The translations under genes were made by a program, and so were the position numbers. Below are positions 60,207 through 64,000 of a stretch of DNA of 64,000 nucleotides, piece by piece (the stretch's first letter is position 1; every line of letters begins with the position of its first letter). The stretch is from positions 3,904,001 through 3,968,000 of the forward strand of contig OZ255842.1 of assembly GCA_965277805.1 (NCBI GenBank). Direction: 5' to 3'. The notes beneath the pieces were generated by a model. It had not been told where the DNA came from and did not search any database. It worked only from the letters and a program-made list of their open reading frames with translations. The stretch is from Candidatus Lustribacter sp. Its GTDB lineage: Bacteria; Vulcanimicrobiota; Vulcanimicrobiia; Vulcanimicrobiales; Vulcanimicrobiaceae.

Positions 60207-61585
60207 CGCGCGACGGCCGGCGCTTCCAGCAACGCGCCCAGCTTGTGCGCGACGCCCGAGATCGAACCGGCGCCCAGCATCAGCACGACGGCTTCGCCCG
60301 CGATCGCGCGCGGCACCGCTTCGAGCAAACCGTCAACGCTCGCAACATAGGTAACGGGCGTACCCCGCGCGGCCAGCGGTTCGCCGATCGAACGTTCGCT
60401 GACGCCCTCGATCGGCTCTTCTGATGCGGCGTAGATCGGCGCCAGCAGCACCGCATCCGCATTCGCGAGCGCGTTGGCGAAATCACCGGCGAGGTAGCGC
60501 GTGCGCGAGTAGCGATGCGGCTGAAACGCAACGATGACGGGCTTGCCGGTAAAACCGCGCGCGGCGGCGATCGTCTGCGCGATCGCGGTCGGATGGTGCG
60601 CGTAGTCGTCGACGATCGTCACGCCGCGGTGGTCGCCGACAATTTCGAAGCGCCGGCGGACGCCGCGATAAGCCGCGAGCGCGGCCGCGATCGTCGGCAC
60701 GTCGATCTTGAGCGTGCGCGCGACCGCGATCGCGGCGAGCGCGTTCTGCACGTTGATCTCGCCCGGCACGTGCAGCGCGATCGTGCCGAGCGCGGTGCCG
60801 CGTTCGACCAGCGTGAACTGCGAGCCCAGTCCCTCGTAGACGATGTCGCGGGCCACGAGATCGGCATCGACGCGCGTCGCAAACGTGAACTTCGGCGCGG
60901 TGGCGCTTTTCGCGATGAACGCGCTGCCGCGATTGTCGAGGCCGATGATCGCGCAGCCGTCGGGCGGTACGCGCTGCACGAAGGTCGTGAACTGCGCCAG
61001 CAGTCCCGGCAACTCATCGTCGCTCGAGATGTGATCGTTCTCGACGTTGGTCACGACCGCGATCGTCGGCTGCAAATGTAAAAACGAACCGTCGCTCTCG
61101 TCGCTCTCGGTGACGAACCACACGCCGGAACCTGCGGCCGCATTCGTTCCGGTATCCACGCGCAGGCCGCCGATCGCGTAGGTCGGATCGACGCCGGCAT
61201 GTTCGAGGATCGTCGCGGTCATCGCGGTCGTCGTCGTCTTGCCGTTCGTGCCGGCGATCGCGATCGTCTTGCGCGAGCCGATCAGATCCGCCAGCATCGC
61301 GCCGCGTGTTTTGATGTCGATGCCGCGTTCGATCGCCGCGACGAATTCAGGGTTGTCGTGCGCGATCGCGCTCGAAACGATCACGAGATCCGGATTGCCG
61401 ACGTTCTCGCCGCGATGACCGATCGCGACCGTTGCGCCTTCGGACTCGAGCGCTTGCACGAGGTCCGAGCGATAGACGTCGGAGCCCGTGACCCGCGCGC
61501 CGCGCGCCAGCAGCAACCGCGCAATCGCACTCATGCCGATCCCGCCGATGCCGACGAGATGATATGACGCCGCTCCGTTATTCAC
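60203..61585 (-). CDS. murC: UDP-N-acetylmuramate--L-alanine ligase
   Basis: GIGGIGMS, GKTTTT, ESDESDGSF, DDYAHHPT and FQPHRYSRT. Confidence 0.97.
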   Translation of the reverse strand: MNNGAASYHLVGIGGIGMSAIARLLLARGARVTGSDVYRSDLVQALESEGATVAIGHRGENVGNPDLVIVSSAIAHDNPEFVAAIERGIDIKTRGAMLADLIGSRKTIAIAGTNGKTTTTAMTATILEHAGVDPTYAIGGLRVDTGTNAAAGSGVWFVTESDESDGSFLHLQPTIAVVTNVENDHISSDDELPGLLAQFTTFVQRVPPDGCAIIGLDNRGSAFIAKSATAPKFTFATRVDADLVARDIVYEGLGSQFTLVERGTALGTIALHVPGEINVQNALAAIAVARTLKIDVPTIAAALAAYRGVRRRFEIVGDHRGVTIVDDYAHHPTAIAQTIAAARGFTGKPVIVAFQPHRYSRTRYLAGDFANALANADAVLLAPIYAASEEPIEGVSERSIGEPLAARGTPVTYVASVDGLLEAVPRAIAGEAVVLMLGAGSISGVAHKLGALLEAPAVAR

Positions 61586-62735
61586 GGCCGTTTCCGTTCG
61601 CTCCGGCCGATTCTACGACCCGTGCCGGCATGAGAAATTCGATGCGGCTCACGATCTTGCGACCAACGTCGGACGACGCCAGGGATCCGGCGGCCGCGCG
61701 CATTTGCGCCAGCCGTTCGGGCTGCAGCATCGCATCGAGCGTCCACCACAGCCGGTCGCCGTCGAGTTCGGCGTCCGGGATCACGATCGCAGCGCCGCAT
61801 TCGGCAAAGACGGCGGCATTCGAGACCTGGTGGTTGTCGGTGTGGTGCGGATAGGGCACGAGGATCGCCGGCGTGCCGGTTGCCGCCAGCTCGGCCAACG
61901 TCGACGCGCCGGCGCGCGCGATCACGACGTCGGCGGCGGCATACGCATTGGCCGGGTCGGTGAGATACGGCACGAGCATCACATGGTTCACGCCGACGTC
62001 GCGCTCTTCGGCCTCCATGTAGGCATGATCGCGCTCGCCGCTGACGTGCAGCACCTGACGGTCGTCGCCCAGCGTGCGGCGCGTCACGAGCGCCGCCACC
62101 GCCTCGTTGACGGAACGCGCGCCGAGGCTCCCGCCCATTGCGACGACCGTCGCGCGTTCGGGCGCGAGGCCGAGTTCGAGCCGCGCGCGCGAGGGGTGCA
62201 CCTTGCGCGTGAGCGACGCGCGCACCGGCGCGCCGGTGCGATACGCCTTGCCGCGAAAGTAGGGCGCCGACGCGTCGTACGTTGTCCAAACTTCGTCGAC
62301 GATCGGCGCGAGCAGGCGATTCGTCAGGCCCGGCGTGAGGTCGATCTGCAGCAGGGCGATGCCGCAGCGCAACAGTCCGAACGTACGCAAAATCCGCGCC
62401 GCAACGACGACCGGAAAACAAACGTAGCCGCCGGTCGCAATCACCATCAACGGCTGGAAACGGCGCAGCGCTCCGAGCGCCACGATCACGCCGAGCAGCG
62501 TGGTCAGCACCGTGAACAGCGTGCCGATGGAGAGCTTGCGCTGCAGCGCCGCGCTCGGCACGAACGACAGCGGCATCGTCGTCACCAGCTGCGCCTCGAG
62601 GCCGTGGCGGTTCCCGAAAAAGCGCGGCTCGTAGTGCGCGGAATCGTATTCGGCGCGAATGGCATCGTCGATCGCAAGCGCCGGATAGATGTGGCCGCCG
62701 GTGCCGCCGCCGGTGAACGCGACGCGAAAGGACAC
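61578..62735 (-). CDS. murG: Lipid II GlcNAc transferase
   Basis: GGGTGGHIYP, TGGYV, GGSLGA, RAGASTLAE and NHQ. Confidence 0.96.
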   Translation of the reverse strand: MSFRVAFTGGGTGGHIYPALAIDDAIRAEYDSAHYEPRFFGNRHGLEAQLVTTMPLSFVPSAALQRKLSIGTLFTVLTTLLGVIVALGALRRFQPLMVIATGGYVCFPVVVAARILRTFGLLRCGIALLQIDLTPGLTNRLLAPIVDEVWTTYDASAPYFRGKAYRTGAPVRASLTRKVHPSRARLELGLAPERATVVAMGGSLGARSVNEAVAALVTRRTLGDDRQVLHVSGERDHAYMEAEERDVGVNHVMLVPYLTDPANAYAAADVVIARAGASTLAELAATGTPAILVPYPHHTDNHQVSNAAVFAECGAAIVIPDAELDGDRLWWTLDAMLQPERLAQMRAAAGSLASSDVGRKIVSRIEFLMPARVVESAGANGNGRE

Positions 62736-62739
62736 GCGC

Positions 62740-63891
62740 CTACCGCGTACGGCGGGCGACGTTCATGATCAGGGCCACGGCCACGAGGCTGACGATCAGC
62801 GACGTTCCCCCGAACGAGATGAACGGCAGCGGAACACCGGTCACCGGCCACGACGACGTGACCACGCCGATGTTGATGAAGGCCTGGATGACCACCAGCA
62901 GCGCGCAGCCGACGATCAGGAAAAAGCCGAAGCGGTCGCTCGCGCGCTGCGCGAGCATGAACGCGCGAATTCCCAAGGCGGCGAAGAGCATGAGCACGAT
63001 CATCGTGCCGAGCATGCCGAGTTCTTCGCCGATCACGGCAAAGATGAAGTCGGTGTGCGCTTCCGGGAGATAGAAAAACTTCTGGCGCGAAGCCCCGAGG
63101 CCGAGGCCGAAGATGCCGCCGCTACCCAAAGCGAGCAGCGACTGCACGATGTGGAAGCCTGTGTTCTGCGCGTCTTTCCATGGATCGAGAAACGCGAGGA
63201 TGCGCGCGCGTTTGTAGGCGCTCGCGCCGACGGCAAGCGCCACCGGCGGCAGCAACGCGAGGAGGGCGAGCGCGACGTGTTCGACGCGCGCGCCGGCGCA
63301 AAAGAGCATCCCGAACGCGGTGAACATGACAAGGCTCGCCGTGCCCATGTCGGGCTCGAGCAGGATCGGCACCGCGATCACCGCCGCCACGAGCAGCGCC
63401 GGCACGACGCCGCGCACGAGCGATCGTACATCGGCGCCGATCGTCGAGAGCTTCGCCGCGAGGAAGAGCACGAGCGTGAGCTTCGCAATCTCCGAGGGCT
63501 GAAAGCTCAGGAAACTCGCGCCGAGCCAGCGCCGGGCGCCGCCCGTTTGCAAACCGATGTGCGGGATCAGCGTGAGCACGAGCATCAGCACGGTGATGCC
63601 GACGAGCGCCGGCGAGATGCGCTTGAGCTTCGTGTAATCGACGCGATAGGCCGCATAGGCGAAGCCGCCGCCGATCACGAGCCAGATGAGCTGGCGCTTG
63701 AGGAAATACGCGGTGTCGTGATAGGTCGCGTACGCGGTCGCACTCGACGCGCTGAACACCATCACGAGACCGATCGCGATCAGGCCCGCGACCGTGGCGA
63801 AGAGCCACGGGTCAGGCGGCGCGAGCGCCGTCCGCGCACGCATCGGCGGCGGCAGGGTCGTCCCGAGACTGCGCTGCGCCTTAGCTAACAC
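62740..63891 (-). CDS. ftsW: SEDS peptidoglycan polymerase FtsW
   Basis: GARRW, FQPSEIAK, EPDMG, LPEAHTDFIFAVIGEELG and PLPFISFGGTS, in dcw position before murG. Confidence 0.95.
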   Translation of the reverse strand: MLAKAQRSLGTTLPPPMRARTALAPPDPWLFATVAGLIAIGLVMVFSASSATAYATYHDTAYFLKRQLIWLVIGGGFAYAAYRVDYTKLKRISPALVGITVLMLVLTLIPHIGLQTGGARRWLGASFLSFQPSEIAKLTLVLFLAAKLSTIGADVRSLVRGVVPALLVAAVIAVPILLEPDMGTASLVMFTAFGMLFCAGARVEHVALALLALLPPVALAVGASAYKRARILAFLDPWKDAQNTGFHIVQSLLALGSGGIFGLGLGASRQKFFYLPEAHTDFIFAVIGEELGMLGTMIVLMLFAALGIRAFMLAQRASDRFGFFLIVGCALLVVIQAFINIGVVTSSWPVTGVPLPFISFGGTSLIVSLVAVALIMNVARRTR

Positions 63892-64000
63892 GCGCGGTCC
63901 CGTTCACGGCGGCCGCGAAGGCTTCGCCGCGGGCCTCCGCCGAGGCGAACATGTCGAACGATGCATTGCCGGGCGAGAGCAGCACGACGTCGCCGCTCGC
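63881..64000 (-). CDS. murD: UDP-MurNAc-L-Ala--D-Glu ligase, C-terminal fragment
   Basis: Manual translation ASGDVVLLSPGNASFDMFASAEARGEAF...*, upstream of ftsW. Confidence 0.9.
   Translation of the reverse strand, partial: ASGDVVLLSPGNASFDMFASAEARGEAFAAAVNGTARVS

Overview
High-GC bacterial chromosomal window with about 60 genes. I found no rRNA, tRNA, CRISPR array, transposase or prophage. It mixes Terrabacteria/Firmicutes-like traits (CIRCE operators, a YqzL-like peptide, trmH-pheS-pheT-cvpA order) with diderm markers (a TonB protein, a beta-barrel ending in Phe), which fits a lineage such as Eremiobacterota; this taxonomy is inference only. Housekeeping blocks are infC-rpmI-rplT, pheST, selD, hsp20-lon, groESL, alr, hisB/H/A, citrate synthase and the end of the dcw cluster (murD-ftsW-murG-murC-murB-ddl). 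The strongest novelty candidate is a six-gene divergent locus at 50507-58352 that looks like a synthase-dependent exopolysaccharide system: GT-C-like membrane protein, BcsB-like protein, MshEN-like/GT2 synthase, coupled response regulator, outer-membrane barrel and GH8-like hydrolase. Other items worth checking are a circularly permuted ATP-grasp/alpha-E/transglutaminase module upstream of hsp20-lon, a Rieske oxygenase lacking its whole Rieske motif, an orphan cyclase-fold protein, a GT17/methyltransferase cassette, a REP-like repeat family with a 200-nt palindrome and mirrored base skew, attenuator-like leaders before infC and pheS, and several probable non-canonical start codons. All product calls come from reading motifs by eye; no database search was run.
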